In this document: piece after piece, positions 43,647 through 57,665 of the stretch
Layout of the letters: every line of letters starts with the position of its first letter
Position numbering within the stretch: the stretch's first letter is position 1
DNA from: Eledone cirrhosa
Lineage: Eukaryota
Direction of reading: 5' to 3'
Assembly (NCBI GenBank): GCA_964016885.1
Contig: OZ024742.1
Location: forward strand, 139,252,001 to 139,316,000
Length of the DNA stretch: 64,000 bases
Position numbers and translations under genes: made by a program
The notes under the pieces: model-generated
The model's database searches: none
Told to the model about the DNA's origin: nothing
Seen by the model: the letters and a program-made list of their open reading frames with translations, nothing else

Positions 43647-44859
43647 ATGTATGTATGTAATTCGTCGACGACTAAAGCTGCAACCCCACCAAGTTTACTT
43701 GGTGAGGAGGGTGATTTTGGATACCCTGCAGGACAAAAAACAAAACCTAGCAAAGGGCGGAAGAACCCTTAAGAGTCAACAGCCATCCAAAAATCTGTAA
43801 ATATGTCTATACATATATATGTATATGTAAATCTGTATATGCATGTGTGCATGTATATGTATATGTGTGGGGACATAGAAATTGTCGGGCTGGATACGAT
43901 ATCGCGCGGTTAAACCCCTGGGAGTGAAGGACCACTAGTCTTTGTCACGGCATTCTTCTACGAAAAGGCAACTCAGGAAACTGGGATAACTCCGACATAA
44001 AACCTGCGGCTCAGTAGTTGCCGATGATGTTGATCTTTTCTTCTTTTCGGGTTATAGCTACTGTCGCTCAGAGAATGGGATTGGCTCAGTGCACAGTATT
44101 TCCTCACTTTAAAAAACATCTTCACGCACACGCATTGCACAATGGTATTAATTAATAATTATTAATAATGTTATATCGTGCAATGGCCATACTTGATAAC
44201 AAGGGGGCAGCCATCATGTATGTATATGATATTAAATAACAGTAAGTATAAGTAGAATTTTAAAACGTATACTTTACACACTATATATATATTTCTCAGT
44301 TTTCTAAAATGTCGCACAATAGTAAGTCTGTCGTGTGAGTAAAGTAGTCATTGTTGATTTCTAATCACGTTCTGGAGACTAAAATATATATAATGACTTA
44401 GGGAGATAATTTTCTTGAGTCGGTAAGGCGTTATAACGAAATATAAGGCCATATAATGTACCTTCGAATATATTCATTCATTAATATCGTTTATAAAACA
44501 GAAAAGAATTGCCTAATTAAATGTTGTATATTATATATGCTGTAAATTGATATATCATTTAATAATAAGACTGACGATATTAGTTCTTAAACTATATACA
44601 AGGACGATGGTCAAGTCAGATAATTTCCAGCCAATAAATGTGCTTAACACACAGTTCAATATTATGACATGATTACTAGCAACGAGCTTGGCGTTAGATG
44701 TCGAGATTCTGTTAGAGGAGGCGGAGACTCCACCTCATGCGATACTTAATGTTAAGAATTATCGTAACTCTCAATAATGTATATTGAACTGGTATTATAG
44801 AAAATAAACAAAATAATTTTTAATCATTATCATAATAAGATATATCTCTGTATTTACAG

Positions 44860-44883
44860 CTGCTACTACCGCTAAAAGTACAG
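44860..44883 (+). CDS. Micro-exon B6, (A)ATTAKST
   Basis: AG|CTGCTACTACCGCTAAAAGTACAG|GTAAGT. Confidence 0.8.
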
Positions 44884-45361
44884 GTAAGTAATCATTATAT
44901 AACAATACACATATTTTGTCCATATCAATTATTTTACAAGGATAGCAAGCAAATTTATATTTATTGGTCGATTACAATCTTTGAAAAATCAAATAAGGAT
45001 TGCTTTATAAAATGTATAATGAAGCTAATGATAACAGAAGCTGAAATACTTGAAGCCCTCAGCGGCTGTACGATGAACATATCACCCGGCTACGGTGGTC
45101 TCCTCTATGCGGTTTACATAGACATGTTAGATATGTTTTGCAATGATTATGATAGTCTTCTCTATGAGTTTAACATAGACATGCTAGACTTGTTCTTGAC
45201 ACTCCTTCAACCTGCCTGCAGCACAAAGCATTAATACAGGGAAATTCTCTGTTCTGTAATTCGGGGCGTAGTAAAGGTGATATATATTAATAAATGATCT
45301 AAAAGATATTATTTAATTTTTCATTATCACCGTAATGATATATATTTATCTGTATTTACAT

Positions 45362-45379
45362 CGGCTGCTTCTACTAAAC
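45362..45379 (+). pseudogene. C-type pseudo-exon (AT/AT)
   Basis: TTTACAT|...CTAAAC|ATAAGT. Confidence 0.7.
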
Positions 45380-46935
45380 ATAAGTACTCATGATATAATA
45401 ATATTTATTTTTGTCCATAAAGATAAATTATGTTTGTTACAAGCATAGCAGGTAAATTTACAGTCATTGATTTGTTACTACCTTTGATAAATCAGAAAAG
45501 AATTGTTTTATAAAATGTTTAATGAAACTTACTATAACAGAAGCTGAAATATTTGCACACCTGGCCGGTTGATCAAGTGGCAAATCAACCGGTTACGATG
45601 GCCTCCTTTCTGAGGTTTACATAGACAAGATAAACTTATTCTCCGATGGTTATGATGGTCTCCACTATGAGGTTTAAAGAGACATGCTTGATTTGTTCTG
45701 GGCATAATCCAGAGAAGTCAGTATGTCTCCAGCTCACTGCTTGAGTGTCAAATCCATGCAGTTCAACTGCTTTGACAAACACTGGACAGACGGGACAATG
45801 ACATTTGTTTGGGTCGTCTGGTTTTGTCTACACCTCCAAGTGGTTAAGGACTGGGATGGGGTAGCATGGATATACACATGAGGTAGCATGGATATACACA
45901 CAAAGGCATTGTTTTGATATGCACTCTTTTTTCCTGCTATTAATTTTGTCTCTCACTCTTTTAAGTTGTGAAATAGACTGGTTAGCTACGCACGCGGCTG
46001 ACACATTTCAGCTCGCTACTATATTGCTATATAATGGATGATCGCATTTAAAGTCCGTTTAAGGTTCTTGGCGCTACCATTGTTACCATCGCTTTCCTCT
46101 AGCCTTGGAGACATGAACCGAATGCTACCATTCTATTTTATATCAATGTGAACTGCTATTTCTAATGGCCATCTTCTGATCCTTTGATAATTTATGTGTG
46201 CGACACGTTGGCTGAGTGCTTCTGACAGGAAAGAAAAGATTGATTCTGTTTAGCTTCCTGTCCCCATGTAAAATTTGTAAATCAGTGGCTAGTTGAGAGA
46301 TAGAGTCCTATCGGTTGCCAGTTGCTAATAGCTTTACCGTGTCAGACGTCACAAACAGTCATGGCCGGCATAGACTGGTCTTAGGATTCTGTCGATCGAT
46401 TAGTTATTGATTAGGCGATACCCGCTGATCAAGCTGCATAAGCCGATTGTGCATTGTTGCATAATATATGCAGACAGATGGTGCAGTGCACCTTATTGGT
46501 GCCTTAGTGCGGTAGAAACTCGAGTCCGGGAACCTTATAGGCACCCGTTTTAAGTGCGTTGTGTTGAAGCAAATAATTTGTGTATACTCTGGGAATGTAT
46601 CTTACATTGCCCATGGAGTGCGCTGAGATACAACCGGTACAGGCATTGATAAATATGCTGGTTCCGTCAACCCTTGTTATATATATGTATATATATATAT
46701 ATATATATATTTATTAAAATAACAGATTAAAGTTTAAGCAAAGAATCGCTGCTTTCACCCTTAACGGGATCTTCGGAAACTTAAGGGTGAAAGCAGCGAT
46801 TCTTTGCTTAAACTTTAATCTGTTATTTTAATAAATATTTGCTCTACGGTTCTTATATATTTGATATATATTTATATTATCGAGCCCTCTTTGGATTTTA
46901 GTCTTCAAGTTTATTATTATTACTATATATATATA

Positions 46936-47033
<98 letters not shown>

Positions 47034-47204
47034 AATACTTTGGGAGGGTCATGTTGCCAATAAGAAACACACGCACGTGCGTGTGTGTCTTATTGGCAAC
47101 ATGACCCTCCCAAAATATTACAATATCGGTTTCAACACACGTTTTCAGAATCTTGCTAAACAAATTCAGAAACGATATATATATATATATATATAGATAT
47201 ATAT

Positions 47205-47252
<48 letters not shown>

Positions 47253-47609
47253 ATGTATGTATGTAATTCGTCGACGACTAAAACTGCAACCCCACCAAGT
47301 TTACAGGACAAAAAACAAAACCTAGCAAAAGGCGGAAGAACCCTTAAGAGTCAACAGCCATCCAAAAATCTGTAAATATGTCTATACATGTATATGTATA
47401 TGTAAATCTGTATATGCATGTGTGCATGTATATGTATATGTGTGGGGACATAGAAATTGTCGGGCTGGATACGATATCCGTTTTAAGTGCGTTGTGTTGA
47501 AGCAAATAATTTGTGTATACTCTGGGAATGTATCTTACATTGCCCATGGAGTGCGCTGAGATACAACCGGTACTGGCATTGATAAATATGCTGGGTCCGT
47601 CAACCCTTG

Positions 47610-47730
<121 letters not shown>

Positions 47731-47745
47731 TATAGATATATATAG

Positions 47746-47786
<41 letters not shown>

Positions 47787-47799
47787 TATAGATATATAT

Positions 47800-47838
<39 letters not shown>

Positions 47839-48071
47839 TATATATTTATTAAAATAACAGATTAAAGTTTAAGCAACGAATCGCTGCTTTCAACCTTAAC
47901 GGGATCTTCTGAAACTTAAGGGTGAAAGCAGCGATTATTTGCTTAAACTTTAATGTGTTATTTTAATAAATATTTGCTCTACGGTTCTTATATATTTGAT
48001 ATATATTTATCCTTATCGAGCCCTCTTTGGATTTTAGTCTTCAAGTTTATTATTATTACTATATATATATA

Positions 48072-48123
<52 letters not shown>

Positions 48124-48262
48124 AATACTTTGGGAGGGTCATGTTGCCAATAAGAAACACACGCACGTGCGTGTGTGTCTTATTGGCAACATGACCCTCC
48201 CAAAATATTACAATATCGGTTTCAACACACGTTTTCAGAATCTTGCTAAACAAATTCAGAAA

Positions 48263-48415
<153 letters not shown>

Positions 48416-48448
48416 CATACGTATATATATATAGAGAGAGATATATAT

Positions 48449-48540
<92 letters not shown>

Positions 48541-49931
48541 ATGTATGTATGTAATTCGTCGACGACTAAAGCTGCAACCCCACCAAGCTTACTTGGTGAG
48601 GAGGGTGATTTTGGATACCCTGCAGGACAAAAACCAAACCTAGCAAAGGGCGGAAGAACCCTTAAGAGTCAACAGCCATCCAAAAATCTGTAAATATGTC
48701 TATACATATATATGTATATGTAAATCTGTATATGCATGTGTGCATGTATATGTATATGTGTGGGGACATAGAAATTGTCGGGCTGGATACGATATCGCGC
48801 GGTTAAACCCCTGGGAGTGAAGGACCACTAGTCTTTGTCACGGCATTCTTCTACGAAAAGGCAACTCAAGAAACTGGGACAACTCCGACATAAAACCTGC
48901 GGCTCAGTAGTTGCCGATGATGTTGATCTTTTCTTTTTTCGGGTTATAGCTACTGTCGCTCAGAGAATGGGATTGGCTCAGTGCACAGTATTTCCTCACT
49001 TTAAAAAACATCTTCACGCACACGCATTGCACAATGGTATTAATTAATAATTATTAATAATGTTATATCGTGCAATGGCCATACTCGATAACAAGGGGGC
49101 AGCCATCATGTATGTATATGATATTAAATAACAGTAAGTGTAAGTAGAATTCTAAAGTGTATATTTTACACACTATATATATATTTCTCAGTTTTCTCAA
49201 ATGTCGCACGATAGTAAGTCTGTCGAGTGAGTAAAGCAGTCATCGTTCACTTTTAATTACGTTCTGGAGACTAAAATATATATAATTACTTATAGGGAGA
49301 TTTTTTTCTTGAGTAGGTAAGGCGTTACAACGAAATATAAGGCCATATAATGTACCTTTGAATATATTGATTCATTAATATCGTTTATAAAAAAGAAAAG
49401 ATTTGCTTAATTAAATGTCGTATATATATGCTGTAAATTGATATATCATTTAATAATAAAACTGACGATATTAGTTCTAAAATTATATTAATGACATCAT
49501 CTGTATTAGATAGCAAATGTATATAAGCTAGGACTTCCATTAAACTATACATGTTTCTGTAATATATTTTTTATAAATGAAAGCAATTCTATTTCCGATA
49601 AAATATCAGTCGATCTGTCTTATTTGAATTTTTTTAATACTTAATGTTAAGAATTATCGAAACTTTCAATATTATATATTGAACTGGTGTAGGAAATAAA
49701 GAAAATTATATAGTATATATATATATAAATAGATGGATGATTCGAAAGACAAGAATAAATTGCTAATTATTAACATTATGATATATATGTGTGCCTCATT
49801 TAATAATAAGACTGACGTTATTCGTTCTAAAATTATATTAATTACATCATTTGTATTAGATAGCAAATGTATAAAAGTTAGGACTTCCATTAAACTATCC
49901 ATGTTAGTGTAATATATTATTTATAAATGAA

Positions 49932-50383
49932 GACGGTGGATTGGCTGCATCGGTAGAGGGTCGGACGCCATGCTTTGAAGCATAGAGTTACGGCCCTTGC
50001 CATTTTGAGTTCAAACCCCACTTACGTTAACTTTGCCTTTCAACCTTACGGGCTCGATAAAATAAAGTACCAGTAATGTACTGGGTAATTGCTGGCCTTG
50101 TACCAAAAGTAGAAACAATTATTTATAAATGAAAGCAATGCTATTTCTGATACAATATCAGTCGATCTGTCTTATTTGAATTTCTTTAGTACATAATTTT
50201 TTCTACTTTTTGCACAAGGCCAGCAATTACCCAGTGCATTGCTGGTACTTTATTTTATCGACCCCCTAAGGATGAAAGGCAAAGTTAACCTCGGCGGGAT
50301 TTGAAATCAGAATGGCAAGGGCCGTAACTATATTCGTCAAAGTATGGCGTCCAACACTCTACGGATGCTGCCAATCCACCGCC
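49932..50383. mobile_element. Tail-to-tail SINE pair
   Basis: + ~49932-50119 and - ~50195-50383. Confidence 0.85.
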
Positions 50384-50512
50384 ATTTCTTTAGTACTTAA
50401 TGTTAAGAATTATCGTAACTTTCAATAATATATATATTGAACTGGTATTATAGAAAATAAACAAAATAATTTTTAATCATTACCATAATAAGATATATCT
50501 CTGTATTTACAG

Positions 50513-50536
50513 CTCCTGGTGGCGTTAAATGTACAC
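50513..50536 (+). CDS. Micro-exon B7, (A)PGGVKCT
   Basis: AG|CTCCTGGTGGCGTTAAATGTACAC|GTAAGT. Confidence 0.8.
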
Positions 50537-50562
50537 GTAAGTAATCATTATATAACAATACA

Positions 50563-50747
50563 GGGCGGTGGATTGGCAGTATCGGTAGAGAGTCGGACGC
50601 CATGCTTTCCAGCATAGTTACGTCCCTTTGCGGTCTGAGTTCAAATCCCGCCGAGGTTAACTTTGCCTTTCATCCTTACGGGGTCGATAAAATAAAGTAC
50701 CAGTAATGTACTGGGTAATTGCTGGCCTTGTGCCAAAAGTAGAAACA
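50563..50747 (+). mobile_element. Young SINE insertion with 16 bp TSD
   Basis: ATTATATAACAATACA at 50547-50562 and 50748-50763. A-box-like TGGCAGTATCGG and B-box GAGTTCAAATCC. Absent from sister units. Confidence 0.9.
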
Positions 50748-51215
50748 ATTATATAACAATACACATATTTTGTCCATATGAATTATTTTACAAGGATAGC
50801 AAGCAAATTTATATTTATTGGTCGATTACAATCTTTGAAAAATCAAATAAGGATTGCTTTATAAAATGTATAATGAAGCTAATGAAGACAGAAGCTGAAA
50901 TACTTGAAGCCCTCAGCGGTTATACGATGAACATATCACCCGACTACGGTGGTCTCCTCTATGCGGTTTACATAGACATGTTAGATATGTTTTGCAATGA
51001 TTATGATAGTCTTCTCTATGAGTTTAACATAGACATGCTAGACTTGTTCTTGACACTCCTTCAACCTGAATGCAGCACAAAGTATTAATACAACGAAATT
51101 CTCTGTTCTGTAATTCGGGGCGTAGTAAAGGTGATATATATTAATAAATGATCTAAAAGATATTATTTAATTTTTCATTATCACCGTAATGATATATATT
51201 TATCTGTATTTACGG

Positions 51216-51233
51216 CGGCTGCTTCTACTAAAT
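51216..51233 (+). pseudogene. C-type pseudo-exon (GG/GT)
   Basis: TTTACGG|CGGCTGCTTCTACTAAAT|GTAAGT. Confidence 0.7.
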
Positions 51234-52532
51234 GTAAGTACTCATGATATAATAATATTTATTTTTGTCCATAAAGATAAATTATGTTTGTTACAAGCAT
51301 AGCAGGTAAATTTACAGTCATTGATTTGTTACTATCTTTGATAAATCAGAAAAGAATTGTTTTATAAAATGTTTAATGAAACTTACTATAACAGAAGCTG
51401 AAATATTTGCACACCTGGCCGGTTGATCAAGTGGCAAATCACCCGGTTACGATGGCCTCCTTTCTGAGGTTTACATAGACAAGCTAAACTTATTCTCCGA
51501 TGGTTATGATCGTCTCCTCTATGAGGTTTTCACAGACATACTTGATTTGTTCTGGGCTTAATCCAGAGAAGTCAGTGTGTCTCCAGCTCACTGCTTGAGT
51601 GTCAAATCCATGCAGTTCAACTGCTTTGACAAACACTGGACGGACGGACCAATGACATTTGTTTGGGTCGTCAGGTTGTGTTTACACCTCCAGGTGGTTA
51701 AGGACTGGGATGAGGTAGCATGGACATACACATGAGGTAGCATGGATATACACACAAAGGCATTGTTTTGATATGCACCCTTTTTTCCTGCTATTAATTT
51801 TGTCTCTCACTCTTTTAAGTTGTGAAATAGACTGGTTAGCTACGCACGCAGCTGACACATTTCAGCTCGCTACTATATTGCTATATAATGGTTGATCGCA
51901 TTTAAAGTCCGTTAAAGGTTCTTGGCACGAGCATTGTTACCATCGCTTTCCTCTAGTCTTGGAGACATGAACCGAAAGCTACCATTCTATTTTATATCAA
52001 TGTGAACTGCTATTTCTAAAGACCATCTTCTCACCCCTTGAAAATTTGTGTGTGAGACACGTTGGCTGGGTTCTTCTGACAGGAATGAAAAGATTTATTC
52101 TGTTTAGCTTCCCGTCCCCACGTAAAATTTGTAAATCAGTTGCTAGTTGAGAGATAGAGTCCTATCGGTTGCCAGTTGCTAATAGCTTTACCGTGTCAGT
52201 CGTCACAAACAGTCATGGCCGGCATGGACTGGTCTTAGGATTCTGTCGATCGATTGGTTATTGATTAGGCGATACCCGCTGATCAAGCTGCATAAGCCGA
52301 TTGTGCATTGTTGCATAATATATGCAGACAGATGGTGCAGTGCACCTTACTGCTGCCTTAGTGCGGCAGAAACCCGAGTCCGGGAATCCTTATAGACACC
52401 AGTTTTACGTGCGTTGTGTTGAAACAAATAACTTTGTGTATTCTCTGGGAATGTATCTTACATTGCCCATGGAGTGCGCTGAGATACAACCGGTACTGGC
52501 ATTGAAAAATATGCTGGGTCCGTCAACCCTTG

Positions 52533-52583
<51 letters not shown>

Positions 52584-53968
52584 AGTGCGTATGTATGTAT
52601 GTAATTCATCGACGACTAAACCTGCAACCCCACCAAATTTACTTGGTGAGGAGGGTGATTTTGGATACCCTGCAGGACAAAAAACAAAACCTAACAAAGG
52701 GCGGAAGAACTCTTAAGAGTCAACAGCCATCCAAAAATCTGTAAATATGTCTATACATATATATGTATATGTAAATCTGTATATGCATGTGTGCATGTAT
52801 ATGTATATGCGTGGGGACATTGAAATTGTCGGGCTGGATACGATATCGCGCGGTTAAACCCCTGGGAGTGAAGGACCACTAGTCTTTGTCACGGCATTCT
52901 TCTAGGAAAAGGCAACTAAGGAAACTGGGATAACTCCGACATAAAACCTGCGGCTCAGTAGTTGCCGATGATGTTGATCTTTTCTTCTTTTCGGGTTATA
53001 GCTACTGTCGCTCAGAGAATGGGATTGGCTCCTCACTTTAAAAAACATCTTCACGCACACGCATTGCACAATGGTATTAATTAATAATTATTAATAATGT
53101 TATATCGTGCAATGGCCATACTCGATAACAAGGGGGCAGCCATCATGTATGTATATGATATTAAATAACAGTAAGTGTAAGTAGAATTCTAAAGTGAATA
53201 TTTTACACACTATATATATATTTCTCAGTTTTCTCAAATGTCGCACGATAGTAAGTCTGTCGAGTGAGTAAAGCAGTCATCGTTCACTTTTAATTACGTT
53301 CTGGAGACTAAAATATATATAATTACTTATAGGGAGATTTTTTTCTTGAGTAGGTAAGGCGTTACAACGAAATATAAGGCCATATAATGTACCTTTGAAT
53401 ATATTGATTCATTAATATAGTTTATAAAAAAGAAAAGATTTGCTTAATTAAATATCGTATATATATGCTGTAAATTGATATATCATTTAATAATAAAACT
53501 GACGATATTAATTCTAAAATTATATTAATGACATCATCTGTATTAGATAGCAAATGTATAGAAACTAGGACTTCCATTAAACTATACATGTTTCTGTAAT
53601 ATATTTTTTATAAATGAAAGCAATTCTATTTCCGATAAAATATCAGTCGATCTGTCTTATTTGAATTTTTTTAATACTTAATGTTAAAAATTATCGAAAC
53701 TTTCAATATTATATATTGAACTGGTGTAGGAAATAAAGAAAATTATATAGTATATATATATATAAATAGATGAATGATCCGAAAGTCAAGAATAAATTGC
53801 TAATTATTAACATTATGATATATATGTGTGCCTCATTTAATAATAAGACTCACGTTCTTCGTTCTAAAATTATATTAATTACATCATTTGTATTAGATAG
53901 CAAATGTATAAAAGCTAGGACTTCCATTAAACTATCCATCTTAGTGTAATATATTATTTATAAATGAA

Positions 53969-54420
53969 GGCGGTGGATTGGCTGCATCGGTAGAGGGTCG
54001 GACGCCATGCTTTGAAGCATAGAGTTACGGCCCTTGCCATTTTGAGTTCAAACCCCACCTACGTTAACTTTGCCTTTCAACCTTACGGGCTCGATAAAAT
54101 GAAGTACCATTAATGTACTGGGTATTTGCTGGCCTTGTACCAAAAGTAGAAACAATTATTTATAAATGAAAGCATTGCTATTTCTGATACAATATCAGTC
54201 GATCTGTCTTATTTGAATTTCTTTAGTACATAATTTTTTCTACTTTTTGCACAAGGCCAGCAATTACCCAGTGCATTGCTGGTACTTTATTTTATCGACC
54301 CCCTAAGGATGAAAGGCAAAGTTAACCTCGGCGGGATTTGAAATCAGAATGGCAAGGGCCGTAACTATATTCGTCAAAGTATGGCGTCCAACACTCTACG
54401 GATGCTGCCAATCCACCGCC
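53969..54420. mobile_element. Tail-to-tail SINE pair
   Basis: + ~53969-54157 and - ~54232-54420. Confidence 0.85.
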
Positions 54421-54549
54421 ATTTCTTTAGTACTTAATGTTAAGAATTATCGTAACTTTCAATAATATATATATTGAACTGGTATTATAGAAAATAAACA
54501 AAATAATTTTTAATCATTACCATAATAAGATATATCTCTGTATTTACAG

Positions 54550-54573
54550 CTTCTGGTAGCGTTAAATGTACAC
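54550..54573 (+). CDS. Micro-exon B8, (P)SGSVKCT
   Basis: AG|CTTCTGGTAGCGTTAAATGTACAC|GTAAGT. Confidence 0.8.
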
Positions 54574-55020
54574 GTAAGTAAACATTATATAACAATACTC
54601 ATATTTTTACACACTATATATATATTTCTCAGTTTTCTAAAATGTCGCACAATAGTAAGTCTGTCGAGTGAGTAAAGCAGTCATTGTTGACTTTTAATGA
54701 CGTTCTGGAGACAAAAGTATAATGACTTAGGGAGATAATTTTCTTGTGTAGGTAAGGCGTTATAACGAAATATAAGGCCATATAATGTACCTTCGAATAT
54801 ATTCTTTCATTAATATCGTTTATAAAACAGAAAAGAATTGCTTAATTAAATGTTGTATATATATATATGCGGTAAATTGATATATCATTTAATAATAAGA
54901 CTGCCGATATTAGTTCTAAAATTATATTAATTACATCATCTGTATTAGATAGCAAATGTATAGAAGCTAGGACTTCCATAAACTATACATGTTTCTGAAA
55001 TATATTATTGATAAATGAAA

Positions 55021-55471
55021 GCGGTGGATTGGCAGTATCGGTGGGGGGTCGGATGCCATGCTTTGAAGCATAGAGTTACGGCCCTTGCCGTTCTGAGTTC
55101 AAACCCCACCTAGGTTAATTTTGCCTTTCAAACTTACGGGCTCCATAAAATAAAGTACCAGTAATGTAGTTGATAATTGCTGGCCTTGTGCCAAAAGTAG
55201 AAACAATTATTTATAAATAAAAGCAATGTTATTTCTGATACAATATCAGTCGATCTGTCTTATTTGAATTTCTTTAGTACATAATTTTTTCTACTTTTGG
55301 CACAAGGCCAGCAATTATCCAGTGCAAAACTGGTACTTTATTTTATCGACCCCCTAGGGAGGAAAGGCAAAGTTAACCTCGGCGGGATTTGAACTCAGAA
55401 TGGCAAGGGCCGTAACTCTATTCGTCAAAGTATGGCGTCAAACCCTCTACGGATACTGCCAATCCACCGCC
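55021..55471. mobile_element. Tail-to-tail SINE pair
   Basis: + ~55021-55207 and - ~55283-55471. Confidence 0.85.
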
Positions 55472-55600
55472 TTTTCGTTAGTACTTAATGTTAAGAATGA
55501 TCGTAACTTTCAATAATATATATATTGAACTGGTATTATAGAAAATAAACAAAATAATTTTTAATCATTACAATAATAAGATATATCTCTGTATTTACAG

Positions 55601-55624
55601 CTGCTCCTGTCGCTGAAATTACAA
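55601..55624 (+). CDS. Micro-exon B9, (P)APVAEIT
   Basis: AG|CTGCTCCTGTCGCTGAAATTACAA|GTAAGT. Confidence 0.8.
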
Positions 55625-55988
55625 GTAAGTAATCATTATATAACAATACACATATTTTGTCCATATCAATTATTTTACAAGGATAGCAAGCAAATTTATA
55701 TTCGTTGGTCGATTACAATCTTTGAAAAATCAAATAAGGATTGCTTTATAAAATGTATAATGAAGCTAATGATAACAGAAGCTGAAATACTTGAAGCCCT
55801 CAGCGGCTGTACGATGAACATATCACCCGCCTACGGTGGTCTCCTCTATGCGGTTTACATAGACATGTTAGATATGTTCTGCAATGATTATGATAGTCTT
55901 CTCTATGAGTTTAACGTAGACATGCTAGACTTGTTCTCCAAACTACTTCAACCTGCCTGCAGCACAAAGCATTAATACAGGGAAATTC

Positions 55989-56923
55989 ATAGTTGATGTT
56001 GTTGTCCTTGAGGTCCCATATGTGGCCCGAAAGTGTAGTGGCGTGACGCCGGGCCGGGTTTCGGAAGGTATGTCTGTGTTGGTATAGCCGGGTCTTGAAG
56101 TCACATGCGGTTAATCCTATATAAGCTTTGTTGGAGGTGTCCGTGCTCACGTTGCACTGGTAGATCACATTACGGTCTCTGCATCTGTTGTCGAGGGGGC
56201 AACTGGATCTATCAGGACAGTAGCACCTCCTGGTCGGCTCTCCACTGCTATTTAGGTTGTTTCTTCCATCGGGGTTGAGTTTTTTGTTGTTGGAGGAGAC
56301 GATGTTTCGTGCGAAGTTAGGTGTAGTGCTGAAAGAGAGTTTGATGGTAGCCCCTCGGTCACTTGTAGCTTCAGCACCCCCCCCCCCCCTCCCCTATTCT
56401 ATGATAGATTTGGCTGACTCCGCTTTTTATAGCAGAGGTGTTAGACTTCGGATACTTTCCCCCTTCTCCGACCGCTGTCCCTTTTTTCCGTGCCTTCTAT
56501 ATTTCTTAGTGGCATCTTTGCTTTAATTTCTCGTTTATCCAGTATTTCTTTCCTCTTTTTCCCATTTTTTTTTTGGGGGGGGGGGGGGGTTCTGTATTAA
56601 TTTTCCGTTCTTTACTTTTACTTCGTACGATCTTTCATGTAGCTTGTATAAGACTTTTTGTTTCGTGGCGGTACCCTTAGAGTTAGCACGAGTATTCTTT
56701 TGCGGGACCCTGAATTATATTCTCGTACTAGTTTACTTTCTTGCTCTGGGTGGTTGCTGGCCCTGTGATTGGGGTAGAAACCTTTATTATTTCGTGGTAG
56801 TCTCTTTAGTATTTTGCCCCCCTTTGTTGACCCGTCACCGTACGATACACGCACTTATATCTTGTATAAGGGTCCCTTTATTTCCGTCCCACCTAGTTTA
56901 TTTTTATTTATTTTTTATTCTTC

Positions 56924-56957
<34 letters not shown>

Positions 56958-57550
56958 TAAATTTATTTAGCTATTCTTTCACTTATTTGTTTATTTATTT
57001 ATTTATGTATTTCTTTAGCCTAGCAACAGCGAGAGACTTAAGTCTTAGTAACCAGACTTTGCTTTTTTTTTTCTTTTTCTTTTTTCTCTCTCAGTACTTG
57101 TTATAGTTTTACCCTTCATTGTTCTAATTACCTTTTCGACTTCCTCCCCCCCCCCCCCCCCTCCCCAGTATCTTCTTTGACCTCACACCCAGCTGTAGCT
57201 GGCACTACCATCGCATGAATGGGTCTACTCCAACCCCTCTCCCTTTTTCTCCTACCGGCAGGTTCAGCTGCCCCTTCCCCCACCAATTTGACATCACAGA
57301 TTTACTACTAACTTGTGATGTGACCAATCCTGGTGATTATCTCTTTGACCATATATGGAATTACCCCTTGATAAGCTCGGCTATTTAAATACCAGAATAA
57401 ATTTTCATTCAGTCCAGAATTAGCCGTCGAAACGGCTTGAGCTCAGCCGTCGGGGCCTTACTTGTTCCTATTACCCACTCTACTACCCTAAGTATTGAGT
57501 ACTTTGGTGCGTTATGGTCCACCTGGTTCCTTACCACATTTCCTTCGTTA
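55989..57550 (-). mobile_element. Penelope-like insertion: GIY-YIG fragment (- strand, ~55989-56350) plus terminal sequence
   Basis: Minus strand reads CYCPDRSSCPLDNRCRDRNVIYQCNV...AYIGLTACDFKTRLYQH...HIWDLKD. It interrupts the array unit after GGGAAATTC. Confidence 0.8.
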
Positions 57551-57578
57551 TATATATATATATATATATATATATAGC

Positions 57579-57665
<87 letters not shown>

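Noticed and set aside
32951-44883. Antifreeze glycoprotein resemblance (Thr-Ala-Ala)
   Set aside because: The period is 8 residues rather than a continuous tripeptide; only the composition is similar.
50563-50660. tRNA gene suggested by A/B boxes
   Set aside because: It is the head of a multicopy SINE with TSDs; no cloverleaf is evident.
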